Shown piece by piece: positions 25,343 through 37,810 of a stretch of DNA of 64,000 bases. The notes beneath the pieces are model-generated. The model was not told the origin of the DNA, ran no database searches, and saw only the letters and a list, made by a program, of their open reading frames with translations. The position numbers and the translations under genes are program-made. Source of the DNA: Squalus acanthias (lineage: Eukaryota). The stretch spans positions 82,090,001 through 82,154,000 of the forward strand of contig CM059432.1 of assembly GCA_030390025.1 (NCBI GenBank). The letters run 5' to 3'. The stretch's first letter is position 1. The number at the start of each line of letters is the position of its first letter.

Positions 25343-26392
25343 CACGGTCTTCTGTCTAACATACCGTGAAAGTTTTCAAAACCAACATTACTGATAATTG
25401 TGATTTCTGGGCCTCCAACCTGACGATTCCAATCGTCAACCTACACAGTGAAGAAAGAACAGGCATTATTTATAATACAGACTATCATGGGCTGTGGAAA
25501 AACTCCTTATTACACATTCAGACAAGGATCCTTCCAGCTGAAGGCATATGCACATAAAAACATTTATGGAGGCAGCACTTGGATTAACCACAGCATGGAA
25601 CTGGCCTGTACAGCGTATACTAATTAATTCCTCAGCATTATTTTGTCCGTACAAGAGAGTCTACAGGAGCATTTAATATGGTTCCCCCAAACAGTAAAGT
25701 TCAAAATCACTCATAGAGCAGCTTGAATTCAGCTCACCTGAAAGGGTGGTGAAAAAATGTGTGATTTGCAGTTCTCTCGCTCTACCCCCCCACAAAGAGT
25801 ATGTAGCAACAGACTCCTCACTCTTGGTGAAACAGCAGGGAACTTATCTGTGCAATTTAAAAGGACAGGCAGCCACAGCTGAACATTTCACATAATTCAA
25901 CGCAGTAAAGTCACACCACCATTTTTGTTTTAGAAGCAGTGTATAACTTTACAGAATGCACAATGCTTACTTCCTCTGCCGATTTTACTGTGGAATTTGG
26001 ATCTTTGATTTAAACAGTATTATCATTACTGCCGTCAGGATTTTTATTCCCTGTTGTAGAAAATTCATTAAAAAATGATGGTCACAGTTTTACGTGAGTG
26101 AATAATGAAAGGGCCATTCTCTAGTACAGTATCTTGAAAGTCAATTTGTCTGGTTATTTAAGAAAGGAGAATGAGACAATGGAATTGCTCACAATAACAT
26201 CATTCATTGCCAGTAACATCTGGCAATAATATATTATTTTTTGTTCTGTTTTAACATAAACTAAGATAAAGATGCCAAACCACATTGTAAATGTTTTACT
26301 GCAACAGATATAATGTGGTCGCAAGAACTGACGCTGCCTGGAAATGGCCCATTTGAAGCCTTAATGTACCTTTAACACATAAATTTGTTGAA

Positions 26393-26470
26393 ACATAAAC
26401 AGAAAATGCTGAGAATACATTGTACGTCAGTCAGCATCTGTAAAGACAAAAGACAAATTAACGTTTCCAG
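26393..26470 (-). mobile_element. Degraded Penelope-like terminal fragment
   Basis: acagaaaatgctg...cagcatctgt...ttaacgtttc is the reverse complement of the 571-660 family. Confidence 0.55.
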
Positions 26471-26980
26471 TATAACCCTTTGGGAATTTGCTGAAATTCC
26501 TATTTTTGTTTAGATAGCATAGGCAATTTTTTTGTTGCGTAACTGCTGAGATCTTATATAACTTATAAAAAAAGATTTCCTGGACTTTATTGGCCTTATT
26601 CCTTGTATTTCCTGATTTCCATGAACATCTCTGAAAATCCAATATTGGCCAAATAGCTATCCTAACATCTGCTGCTCCCTTTGTGCTCCTTCAGAAGAGT
26701 GTTTTCTTAGTAAGGATCCATGCTTGTGTTTTTGTGGCCACCCCAGTGGATCTTCCAACAGCAGCCCAAACAATTCAGCTGTGCTTGCTGACAACCTCTG
26801 ATCAGCTTCTACACCGTTTGTTCCTTACCAACACACTCAACAGAAAGGTTAGATTCTGTAACAGCAGTGAAAATAGCACTATGTACTAAGTAGGAAGGGA
26901 GAGGCTGTAGCTGTCCAGTTGTTCAAGTCTGCTTGCTGGGGAAAGAAGATATATTGCTGAATCATTTGTATTGTAGTCAT

Positions 26981-27669
26981 GGGGGCTAAATTCGGTTCAT
27001 TTGCACCTCCTAAGAGGGCGCTAACGGGGCACAAATCAACTAGCGCCCGGGCGTGGTTTCGCTAACGCCTCCCGTGAAATTCAGCAGGAGATTAGCGGCG
27101 GCGCTAACCGTTAGCGGCGCGCAGCGATGATGTAATCACCGTGCGCAGTGCCCCGCTCGCGCCCCGGCTGTAATATTGGGTGTTGCCCCCCCGACTTACC
27201 GCCAGACGCTTTGTTCGATGGGTTCAGGGGGGCCTACCTGCGGCCGGGGCGGCGCTAGTTAAAGGGGAGGTGGCGGGCGGCCATTTTTGTTGCTGGCCGC
27301 CTGCCAACACCTGCCCCCGTTGCTGTCCCCGGCCCCCGTGAAGCCCCCCCCCCGTGGAGTGCCGGCTGCTCTCCATGAGCCCGGCACTCCTCTTGAGTGC
27401 CGGGCTCATTTGCCGGCACTCCCGATCCGTGGTGGCCCAGCTGGGCGCCGGGACACGCTGCACCAGGCCCCTCCCCTTTAATAAGGGGAGGAAGGCCTGC
27501 AGTACTGCGGCACATAGTGCCGCGATAGTGGCTCGCAGTGCCCAAGAGGGACATGGGGCGCTTCCAGTAGCGCCCCTCCTCCCTCTCGGGGCGCTACCTG
27601 GGAAAATCGGTCGCTGGGGAACTAACTTTGACGGGGCGCTAAAATTAACACCCCGGCGAATTTTTACCC
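26981..27669 (-). mobile_element. GC-rich Harbinger-type MITE (family A-related)
   Basis: TIRs gggggctaaattcg / cgaatttttaccc; CAT TSD at 26978-26980 and 27670-27672; colinear with 20054-20757. Confidence 0.85.
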
Positions 27670-28675
27670 CATTATATTTTCAGAGGGCTTTTAGTTCCAC
27701 TTACTTTAACCAACAAAGAACTCATCAGTGACTGGATTTAAAATAGAAAAAATAAATAGGAATTTGCTCCGTGTACTGGCAGTCTCAGTAGTGAGGTAGC
27801 TAATCTCTCAACAATTTCCCATTTATCTCTGACATCTTAACCTGGTCCCTGTTGGGTTTTTTGCTGATATAAACGGAAGAGACTTCTGAAAATATAGTTA
27901 ATATAGCATGAATGATTCAGAAATAAGCTGAACAGCAACAAAGTCTCCCTTTACAACACACCCGGTTTTCTCCTCAGGCACCAGCAGTGGGTTCACTGAG
28001 CAGCAGTGCTGGGGGTAAGCCCATTGTCACATCATTTCAGCATTTTCCACTTGCACTGGTGAATACCCCTGCCTTGCTTCATCTCTCTCCACCTTTAATA
28101 GCCTCCTCAAAACCTACCTCTTTAACCTCCTCATTTCCCCTAATTTCTGCTCAGTGTCTCAATGCCCCACCCCACCCTTGTGAAGTACCTTGGGATTTTC
28201 CATTACATTAAAAGGCGCTACATAAGTGTAAGTTGCTGATAATCAGTTTTGCTGAGTGCGGTTGCAATGTAGGGACAAATCTGTCTTACTGGGGAAGGAA
28301 TTTGTTTTTGATTTTTTTTTCTCAACAATTTTCTCCCTTCCCCACTGCTCCAAAAAGCATTGACTCCTTGCTTGGATAGATTCCATGGCCAATTTTTCTT
28401 CTCCCTAACCCGGGGCAGTCAGGTTAACTGTAGCACCCTGACTCGGCTTGTCTGAGATCAATCAAGTCAACACATACTGGAGATCAAACTTGAGACATTC
28501 CTGGTCTTTATGGCTCAGCTGCTCACTGGACGACTGCTGGAGTTTGTGTTTGATTTGTGTATAGATACTAGAGACTGCCCTGATAATGGCAAGACTTCAT
28601 CACTTTATAGTGATGGAAAGAATTACATTAGCTTTCTCCCCTTCCACTTTCTCCCTGTGCAAGACGAGACAGTGA

Positions 28676-30415
28676 GGCAGGAATTTTTTGGGGGGTCAGC
28701 GGGCGCATTTGGTGGCGGGTCGGCTGGGAATTTTTTTTGACTGCGGGTAAGGAACCCGCTGTCAACCCACCTCCACACTAGTCTCCCAGATGTCGGGTCT
28801 GTCATCGCTGAACAGACCCGGCACCAAGCGGCGGGGGAGGCAATTGACATCATTTGAGAGATAGTTAAGAGGCAATTAAGTAGTATTTTAAGCTTACCTT
28901 TAGATTTTTAGAGTTTGCCAACGGCTTCCCCGCTGCTCGGGGATCACGTCAGGTAAGGAGGTCGGGAGTTGTGTCAGCATGGGATGATTTCTTACTTGAC
29001 AGCTGCAAATGGTCTATAAAAGCTCCCATTTCATAGGTGTTCACTTTCCAAGGTTAGAAGCTGTTGCTTACTGCATTTGGAAGACAGATTGAGCTTTATG
29101 CAGATTGCAAGTGTTTGGAGTAAACACTCTATCCAGTGTCACCTCACTGGAACAACCTTCTCTCACCATTGACAGATCACTTCTATCATCTCAAGTTCAC
29201 CTGCCATCTATTACACCAGCATCGGTGCCCTTGAAAAATTCTCACCTTGGTCCTCAGAATCCCACCACAATCAGCCCCAACACCAACAGCACCAGGCACA
29301 CCAGCAGCACTAACACCACCACCAGCCTTCTCCGCAATCACCTGATGCTGCACAGGACACAGGGCATCAGCACCTGACCACATTGTTGCCTGGGAGGCCA
29401 GGGATGGCCTCACCATGGCCACATTTAATTCACTTGACACTGTACACCCTGGCTGCCACATGATGCGCCAGGTTGGCACCACCCCACACCAACACCATAA
29501 AGCAACCCTACAATGCCCAAGCCATTCCTTTCATGCTCATCACCATTGCGGGGGGTACCGTTATGTCTCACCATTCACTGCAACTCACTAAACCACTTCC
29601 AAAGGTGCACACAAATCTGTCCAAGAACGCAAAGTGTTGAAAATAAAGATTTCAATGTTTGACAGCACATTAACAGAAACTTCACATGAACATTGGCAAA
29701 AATACCCAAGTGCCTACCCTTGTGTGCTGTTAGTTGGTATGGTTGGACTAGGATGAGGGCGAGTGTGAGGGGTGGCTAGTGAGATGGGGAAGTGATAATG
29801 TAGATAGGGAGGGATGGGTGGAGGTGCAAGGTAAGTTAGGTGTGAGTAAGGATGTGCAGGAGTAGGGTAGGGAAGGCAGAGTGATGGCGATGTGATAGGT
29901 CGCACAGCAGGATGAGGTTGAGTGTGGCTTTGCAGTAATGTTTCGTGATCTACTGAGATCATTGAAAGGTTTGCGCCACTGCACCCAGGTCCTCCTGATG
30001 ACATCCTTGCTTGTTCCCTCCTCTGCAATGTGCAACCAGGCTGTGTTGGTCTCCTGGGGAGGTCTCTTCCGCCCAAGCATATGGAGGGAGTCATGGGAGA
30101 ACCTGGGTCCAGCCGTGCACCTCTGTGCAGTGCTTGTCAGTGTTTGCAGCACCTCAATGCTGCAGAACACTGACAGCAGAACTGTCAAAAACAATTTGCG
30201 CATGGTCCCTTTAAGGAAAACGGCTGATGACGCGTCATCAAGTGACGTCATCAGACCCGCTTCCTTCAATTGGCCGGGAAACACGCTGGGCGGGCTTAAC
30301 AAGCCCAATCAGCGTAACATTCTTTTCACAGAGCGGGCTGGAGCCAGCAGCGAGGTTGCACCCCGCCACCGACCCCGGCCGCACCGGATCCGACTCGGAA
30401 GGTGAAATCGCGGCC
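28676..30415 (-). mobile_element. Non-autonomous PIF/Harbinger derivative with Myb/SANT remnant, copy 2
   Basis: TGA TSD at 28673-28675 and 30416-30418. Minus ORF 29748-30308 includes GPRFSHDSLH...ETNTAWLHIAEEGTSKDVIRRTWVQWRKPFNDL. Confidence 0.85.
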
Positions 30416-31704
30416 TGAGTGTTCGTAGGCTATACAACTACAGGGAGTATCCTGCCCTTATCTGAACTTCACACATATACTAGTTCCAGCAATGGTCACT
30501 GGATAGTGACCAGGATTGGGAACCATAGATGATTTTCCTCTTCCTAGCCCATGGGCACTGAGACCAATTGTAGCATCCCTATTGTGATTCAGTTATGTTG
30601 ACTAATTTAACACAGACTGGAAGCTAGGACCTTCTGGTCAGAATAACTCAATTACACATTGCCTTTATTAACTGAGCCAATGACAGAGCCCAAGACTAGT
30701 GTCTAACTCATCCTCATCTACAGCAGCAATGACAGTTAAATGTGAAGACTGGGAAGTGGGTCATTGTCACTGCCAGTTGAAGCCTGGGAGTAACTCCCTA
30801 CTGGTGATAATCTGTGAACAGATGGAAAACAAGTTAAGTTATGTGAATTTTTCTTCATAACTTGAATCCCTAAGCTCCAGAATTGTTATTTGCACTCCAC
30901 TGTTCTCAGAGCCTTCTCCAATACATCAGTGGCCTTTTGACGGTCAGGTTCCCAAAACTAAACCTAGTATTCCAAAATGGCCTCACCAATATTCTACAAA
31001 GGAGGGAGGGGGTGGGGAGGGGGAGATAATTGCTCTGGTCACTACGTATAGCAACACTGTAGATGCATTCAAAAGAGAATGTTTTTACAATATCATTACA
31101 CTGAGAATCTGGAGCAATTCTTCCTTCAAGGTTGGAATATCTTGTTTCAATGAATAATTAGATGTCTTTGAGATGAATCCTAATATTTGATTGGTTTTGT
31201 TGGTATGACCTTCACATTCACCAGACATTTTCAGTTTAGTAATCATATCCAAATCATTTTCCTTTTCTACCTTTGCAATTGGGCATCCATTCATTATATT
31301 GATTTGATATTTTCCCTTCTAATGTACATAATCTTGCATTTAGCCACATTAAAATTTTATTTGTTAACGCATCAATATGTTTGGCCTAAATCCCTTTGAA
31401 TGCTAAAAACTTCTGTTATGCTTGTCATCAGCAGCAAATTTCCTAATATTATAAGAAGTACTTTCTCCCATATCATATATAATATGAAATGCAAGGAACT
31501 CAGATGTACCCTTCTGAAACCCCACTATTCACTGGCCTCCAAAAGGCAATTTTTCTATTTATTATCACCTTCTGTTTTCTATTGCTAAGCGAGTTTTCAA
31601 TCCAACTAGCTAAGTTCCCATTAATTCCAGAAATTGAAATCTTCATTTAAAGCCTTACATGTGGAACTTTTATCAAATACCTTCTAAAAATCCGAGTAGA
31701 TATT

Positions 31705-33204
31705 GGGCCATATTTTCCGATCGGAGGCTTCCTGCGTGCGGAGGCCTCCGATCTGGAAAAAATCTACGGACTTACCTGAGGGCTCCCGAGGTCCAGACAC
31801 TTCCTCTCATGGGCTTCTCCAGCTCGAAATGCGCAGGGCCCACGTATCCCAGAGGCGCATGCGGTTCGCAAGCGTCCATGGGATCATGTGGACCATGGGG
31901 AGCCAATAGGAGAAGGGAATCTCCCTTCATACACTTGACAGATAGACCTGTCAAATATATGAATGGAGATCACCCCAAAAACACTGTAAAACATTAAATA
32001 ATTTTTTTTTTTAAATCACATTTTTTAAATGAGTTGAAATTACAATAAATTAAATGGCCCAGATATTCCGATCGCAGGCCTCCTGCGGGCGGAGGACTGC
32101 GATCTGGAAAAATCTGCGCCCTTACCTGAGGTCTCCCAGGATGCACACGCTTCCGCTCCTGGGCCTCTCCAAACTGCAAGTGTGCAGGGCCCACGTATCC
32201 CAGAGGTGCAGGTAGTTCGCAGCGTCCCTGGAATCATGTGGGCCATGGGGAGCCAATCACAGAAGGGAATCTCCCTTCATACATTTGACAGGAAGACCTG
32301 TCAAATATATGAATGGAGATCACCCCCAAAACATAGTAAAACTTTAAATAATTTTTTTTTTAAAATCACATTTTTAAAATGATTTGAAATTACAATAAAT
32401 TAACTATTTTAAACAAAAATTAAAATTTTTGAAAAAAATAATTGAAGTTTTTTACGGGGCTAAAAATAAACTTACCTTTTTTTAAAGTATTTTTAAATGA
32501 TAAATCAGTGAATTTTTTTTAAAACTTTTTTCGACTCTTATCCTGGCAAAAACAGGCCTTACGCCTGCTTTTACCAGGCACAAGAATTGTAAGGCGGGCG
32601 GAGGGTCTCCAAAAAGCGGAACTATCCGCCCGCAGAGGCCCTTCTCTCGGGCAGCCAGAGGATCTGTCAAGAGCTTTCTTGACAGATCGGAAATGCTGGT
32701 TTCCAGCACATGCGCTGTGCATGCCTGAAACCGGCATTTCCGATGTCCCTACGGGTGGGTACACAGCGCGTACCCACCCGTAGGGATCGGAATATCCGGC
32801 CCAATATTTTAAACAAAAATTTAATTAAAAAAAAAATTAATGTTTTTTACGGGGCTAAAAATAAACGTACCTTTTTTAAAGTATTTTTAAATGATAAATG
32901 AGTGAAATTAAAAAAAAACTTTTTTCAACTCTTATGCTGGTAAAAGCAGGCCTTATGCCTGCTTTTACCAGGCGTAAGATTTCGAAGGGTTTTCTGCGGG
33001 TGTAGGTTCTGCAGAAAGCGGAACTATCCGCCCGCAGAGGCCCTTCTCTAGGGCAGGCGTCCGATCTGTCAAGAGCATTCTTGATAGATCGGAAATGCCG
33101 GTTTTCAGCACATGCGCTTGGCATGCCTGAAACCGGCATTTCTGATGTCCCTACGGGGGTGTACACAGCCCGTACACACCCGTAGGGATCGGAATATCCG
33201 GCCC
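31705..33204. mobile_element. Harbinger-type MITE (family C), outer copy
   Basis: TIRs gggccatattttccgatc / gatcggaatatccggccc; split at 32055/32803 by a same-family copy. Confidence 0.85.
32056..32802. mobile_element. Harbinger-type MITE (family C), inner copy
   Basis: TIRs ggcccagatattccgatc / gatcggaatatccggccc; AAT TSD at 32053-32055 and 32803-32805. Confidence 0.88.
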
Positions 33205-33604
33205 AATATTTTCTGGATTCCCTGTGTCAACTTATTTAGTTACTTCCTCAAATAATTCCAATAGATTTTTGATGCATAACCTGTTGCTTTGTGTTACAGC
33301 CTGTATGTTCTTTACATGAGCATTATTAACATCCCTTAAATGTTCTCAATCATGTTTTTCATTACCTCTGTTTCATTGATTTCAAATTTCCAGGTTCATG
33401 CTATCAGAATATGTACTGGCAGAATTCCACATTTAAGCCATCAAAATATGCCTTATTTATTCTAAAGGGACTATATTTACAGTTGCAAACTGGATCCAAA
33501 CCAGAATTCTTTCCCCAGTTTGTTAACAAATCATAACTGGAATCCCATGCAGTTTAACTCCTGCCATATTTGTGCTACGTACCTCAACTTAGCTACATTG
33601 AATT

Positions 33605-34107
33605 CCTCGGCCTATTACACTGTTCCACGGAAGCGCAGCATAAGCTCGAGGAACAGTACCTCATCTTTCGTTTAGGCACGCTACAGCCCTCTGGACTCAA
33701 TATCGAGTTCAACAATTTTAGATCATAACCTCAGCCCCTATCACATTTATGTTTTATTTTTTCATCCACCCTTTTGTTTGCCCGCCCCCTTTTTTTTCCT
33801 TCCTAGAAGCTGGCAGCTGTCCTTCATTCTGCCAGTGCATTTTACACTTCTTTTAGTCTCAACCTGTTACATTAACACCACCTCTTGCCTTGATCATCTC
33901 TTAATGTCTCTTAATGTCTCTTATTCTCTCCTTTTGTTCTTTCATCTCCTCCCCCTTTTCCCAGCTTTATCCTTGCCTTAAATCTATTTCATTTCCTGCT
34001 ATTTCCAGTTCTGACGAAAGGTCTTCGACCTGAAACGTTAACTCTGTTTCTCTCTCCACGGATGCTGCCTCGCCTGCTGAGTTTTTCCAGCGTTTTCTGT
34101 TGTTATT
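33605..34107 (+). mobile_element. Penelope-like retroelement 3' end (ORF C-terminus, 3'UTR, hammerhead)
   Basis: 33606-33728 encodes LGLLHCSTEAQHKLEEQYLIFRLGTLQPSGLNIEFNNFRS*, resembling the end of a PLE GIY-YIG domain. TTGAATT direct repeat at 33598-33604 and 34108-34114. Confidence 0.85.
34007..34043 (+). ncRNA. Minimal type-I hammerhead ribozyme motif
   Basis: Stem I AGTT/AACT; CTGACGA plus A; stem II AGGTC-ttc-GACCT; GAAA; palindrome AACGTT; predicted cleavage after GUU (34039). Confidence 0.78.
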
Positions 34108-35009
34108 TTGAATTGTTGAAGTGTTCTGTCTTGGGATCATCCTGTGCATGTACAATCATCAGCAACCATGTTAGGTATCATTGCAGGAGGTAAAGGTGCA
34201 CCATTCTGAGCTATTGTATTTAAAGTTTGGATTTGTGGGATAGGCAAAACAGTCTTACTGCAAGGAATTCTTTGTAATGCCTCAAAGCCACCTTCTGACT
34301 GCTCCAAGCAAACATACTTCCTATTTGTATTTATACCAACATTAGCAATTCAAAAGACGTTTATATAAGAAAGCGTTTTCTGTAGAGTATTAATAGAGCT
34401 TTCATGCTGGTAGACTCTTCTCAGTGTAAACGGGCCTATAGTCACAAATAAAAGCCTGCAAAAGGTTTGAGTAGCCTGGGAAAAAATGAATAAATTGTAT
34501 TTGCGATTAGTTTGGACTGTCTGCCTTTGCAGATGGTAAAACAGTCTGAAGTTGCTGCTGAAGTCTGAATGTCTTTCAGACTTACACAGAACTATGGGTG
34601 ACTCTGAAAAGATTTGGTTTACTTTTCACATCATTCTTTCTTATTATGTTAAAGATTCCCAGAGGGACTGTTTGTTATTCATAAAGAAATGCCACACACA
34701 ACGAATAGGCCAAGATTGCAGGCTCATGTTTTACAATGAATTTAAATTCAAAGGGGTTACTTTGTGTTAGCGGAATCTTAACAGGGAAGGTTTCCTATGT
34801 TCGCTATTTCTAGCGAAATCGTAAAAGTATTGGGAGGAGATCTTCTCCAACAAGAGAACAATTATGTGTAAAACACAAACCTGTATTGAGTAAAAAATGT
34901 TTTATAGAAAGTGCAGTTTATATTAAATAACCCATAATATTTGTAGCTACTTCATAGGGTGATTTGGGGTCAGAATGGTGTCTTGGCATTAACTGCTTGC
35001 ATGGAATTT

Positions 35010-35300
35010 GCAGGGGAGTTCTCCCTGGTGTCTAGGCCAATATTTATCCCTGAACCAACATCACTAAAACAGATTATCTGGTCATTATCACATTGCTGCT
35101 TGGGACCTTGCTCTGCGTTAATCTTCTGCTCGAGCGGTCCCAGGACAGTTCCACCAGCTTCTCTTCTGTTTGAGTGGTCCTGCCGCGTTTCCTACCAAAC
35201 AACAGTGAGTACACTTCAAAAGTACTTAATTGGTTGTATAGCACTTTGGAATGCCCTGAGGTCATGAAAGGCACTATATAAATGCAAGTCTTTCTTTTTC
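35010..35300 (+). mobile_element. DeuSINE-type SINE (SacSINE1/AmnSINE1-like), 3' half
   Basis: ggggagttctccctggtgtctaggccaatatttatccc...cagattatctggtcatt resembles the Deu domain; L2-type tail gaaaggcactatataaatgcaagtctttc. Confidence 0.7.
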
Positions 35301-35411
35301 TCTTTCTTCTCAATATTTATATTCATTACAAACAAACAGGCACTGTAATCAACTGAAAAGTGATACTAAGCGATTTGTAAGGACTGCGTCTTTCCATTAC
35401 TGTTTTACTGA

Positions 35412-35672
<261 letters not shown>

Positions 35673-35760
35673 TAATATCATCAGTATTCTGCTCATAGAG
35701 AACTTTTGCACTTAATGATTTCAATATATAACATTACTTTTAGTACTAAATACAAATAAT

Positions 35761-37810
35761 GGGGGAAACAGTTGTGTACGCCAAGAGAATTGCCGGTGTC
35801 ACTGGCAACTGGAGTTAACGGCCGCTGAAAATGGCCGCAGCGCTACCGGGCAAAAATTTGCGCTGGGGGCTGGCGATGTGTAGCACAGCGCTAACTTACC
35901 ATGCATCGCCCCCCCCCCGGTGGCATTAGTGGAGGCCTCTGACCCAAAGTTCCCGTCCACAGTCGGCGTTGCTGCTTTTTACTGCCTCTGGGAGCGAGGC
36001 TGTGGAGTTAGCAAGGAATTGTGGGCAATTAAAGGGGCTATGAATTAAAGGGGCAATGCATTCAAAACTAATAAACATTAAAATCAAGTGAAAAAATGCA
36101 GCTTTCAGCCATTACTGCCTTTCAATAAAAAAATTACCACTAAAAAGAAGTCCCAAATGGGATTCTTCAGCACTTAAAGCTGAATTCCCTTCCGAACCTC
36201 AAAAAATGGGAAAAGTGCTTCAGCACTAACACAAATGGTTCAGCAAGCCAGGGTTTCGCACGCAACACTTCAGCTTTGTGCAGAGGGTCAACACTATAAG
36301 TGAAGTCCTCTACCACAGGGGCCAGGAGGCCCTCCAGAAAGAACGATGTGGGACCACATCACAGAGGCCATCACTGCCAGCAGTGTCACCCCCACCACGT
36401 GGATCCAGTGCCCAAAGAAGCTTCATGACCTCAGACCACTGGTCAAGGTTAGTGAATGCACCTTCAAAAACGATCTCCTACTCACTGCACCACTAGCCTA
36501 ATACACTGCTCAATGCACGACCTTCCCCCGCCCCCCCCCCCCCCACCAACAATCACTCACTTACCAACAATCTACACCAATCACAAGGCAGCTCTCCCAT
36601 TCCTAGCCTGACCTCACCCCCTTGGAGGAGATGGTGCAGGCCATTCTTGGCAGGGGCATGGCTGAGCCCTTGGCCAGCGGCGGGGCTGAAAGGATACAAG
36701 ATGCTGATATCCTCATACATTATCCTCCTTCTGGCTTGCACCTCTTGCTTTCCTGCCCTCCCCTCACCACAACTGCATCCTTGCGCCTTCCTCATTTCAC
36801 ACACCCAAGAAATGCAGCCTGACCATCCAGTGGGTGACCAAGAAGAGGGAGAGGAGAGTGAAGAAGCAGAAGAAGATTGATTTCACAGTCCCAGACACCA
36901 GCTCCTCAAGGTCAACCAGCAAGACCATTTGCAGTGTCCCCCACTGGAAGTCAGCGGCCTTCCACCAGCCATGCTGCAGCCACTGGGGTAGCACTGTGTG
37001 ACATCAGTAGGATAGGCAAAGGCACACACAAAACAGTCACTAAGGGAATGCATAAGGGCGATGAGTTGATTTCTTGATGTCATATTGGATGGATAGATGT
37101 ATAAAGTTGGGTTGGAAAGTGTGCTTTGTGGTGGCTTTTATTCCAGCATGATGGCCAACAGGACGCTGTGATGGTCAGTAACAGAGGGAAGGTAAGGTGT
37201 GGGACTAATGTTGAAAGGGGAATTGGGGTGGTGTTCAATGGTACCGCAGGCGGTTGATTCCATCCCAGATATCCCAGCCAGAAAGGGGCTGCCTGGGATG
37301 TATCAATCCTTCTGTTTCTTCCTCTTCTGCGTCTTCCTCTTCCCTCTGCGAGTGGATGCTGTAAATCAGAAATGCCAGCATAAAATGCTGGAAATACTCA
37401 ACTGGTCAGGCAGCTTCTCGACCTGAGACGTGAACTCTGTTTCTCTCTCCACGGATGTTGCCTGACCTGTTGAGTATTTGCAGCATTTTCTGTCTTCTCA
37501 GAGGCCTTCCTTTCCCATTTGAGGCCTTGCAAGTGCCCTAGCAGCACTCCCTACACTCTTAAAAAACTTTTAACATCTATTGCAGTAAGCCACTACTTCA
37601 ATAAAATCAAAAAAAGTCCAAAAGTTTAATTGCAAACTTACCTGAAAGATGTGTGTATCCCTTTAAGAAGTGCTGACAGCAGTCTCGGTCAGTCTGCTTG
37701 CATGCTGGGTTTCCCTGACGTGGTTATGACCCAGCACTGAACTCAGCTCTAGGGTCGAAGTTCGCAGTGGTGACATTAAGTCGGACGCCGCTCTTTCACC
37801 ATTTTTTGCC
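35761..37810. mobile_element. Decayed PIF/Harbinger element with + strand Myb/SANT gene remnant
   Basis: About 36250-36450 encodes ...TASSVTPTTWIQCPKKLHDLRPLVK|gttagt, then LTPLEEMVQAILG. GC-rich left subterminus; boundaries approximate. Confidence 0.6.
37352..37493. mobile_element. Penelope-like terminal fragment with inverted duplication; hammerhead core lost
   Basis: aaaatgctggaaatactcaactggtcaggcagc (antisense) is joined to cgacctgagacgtgaactctg...cagcatttt (sense). Confidence 0.7.

Larger units (their letters stand above)
30840..33400 (-). mobile_element. Very old CR1 RT remnant interrupted by two MITEs
   Basis: Reverse-strand remnants gtgaggccattttggaatactaggtttagttttgg (VRP..EY...FW) and atctactcggatttttagaaggtatttgataaagttccaca (YxDFxKxFDKVP). 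Confidence 0.6.
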
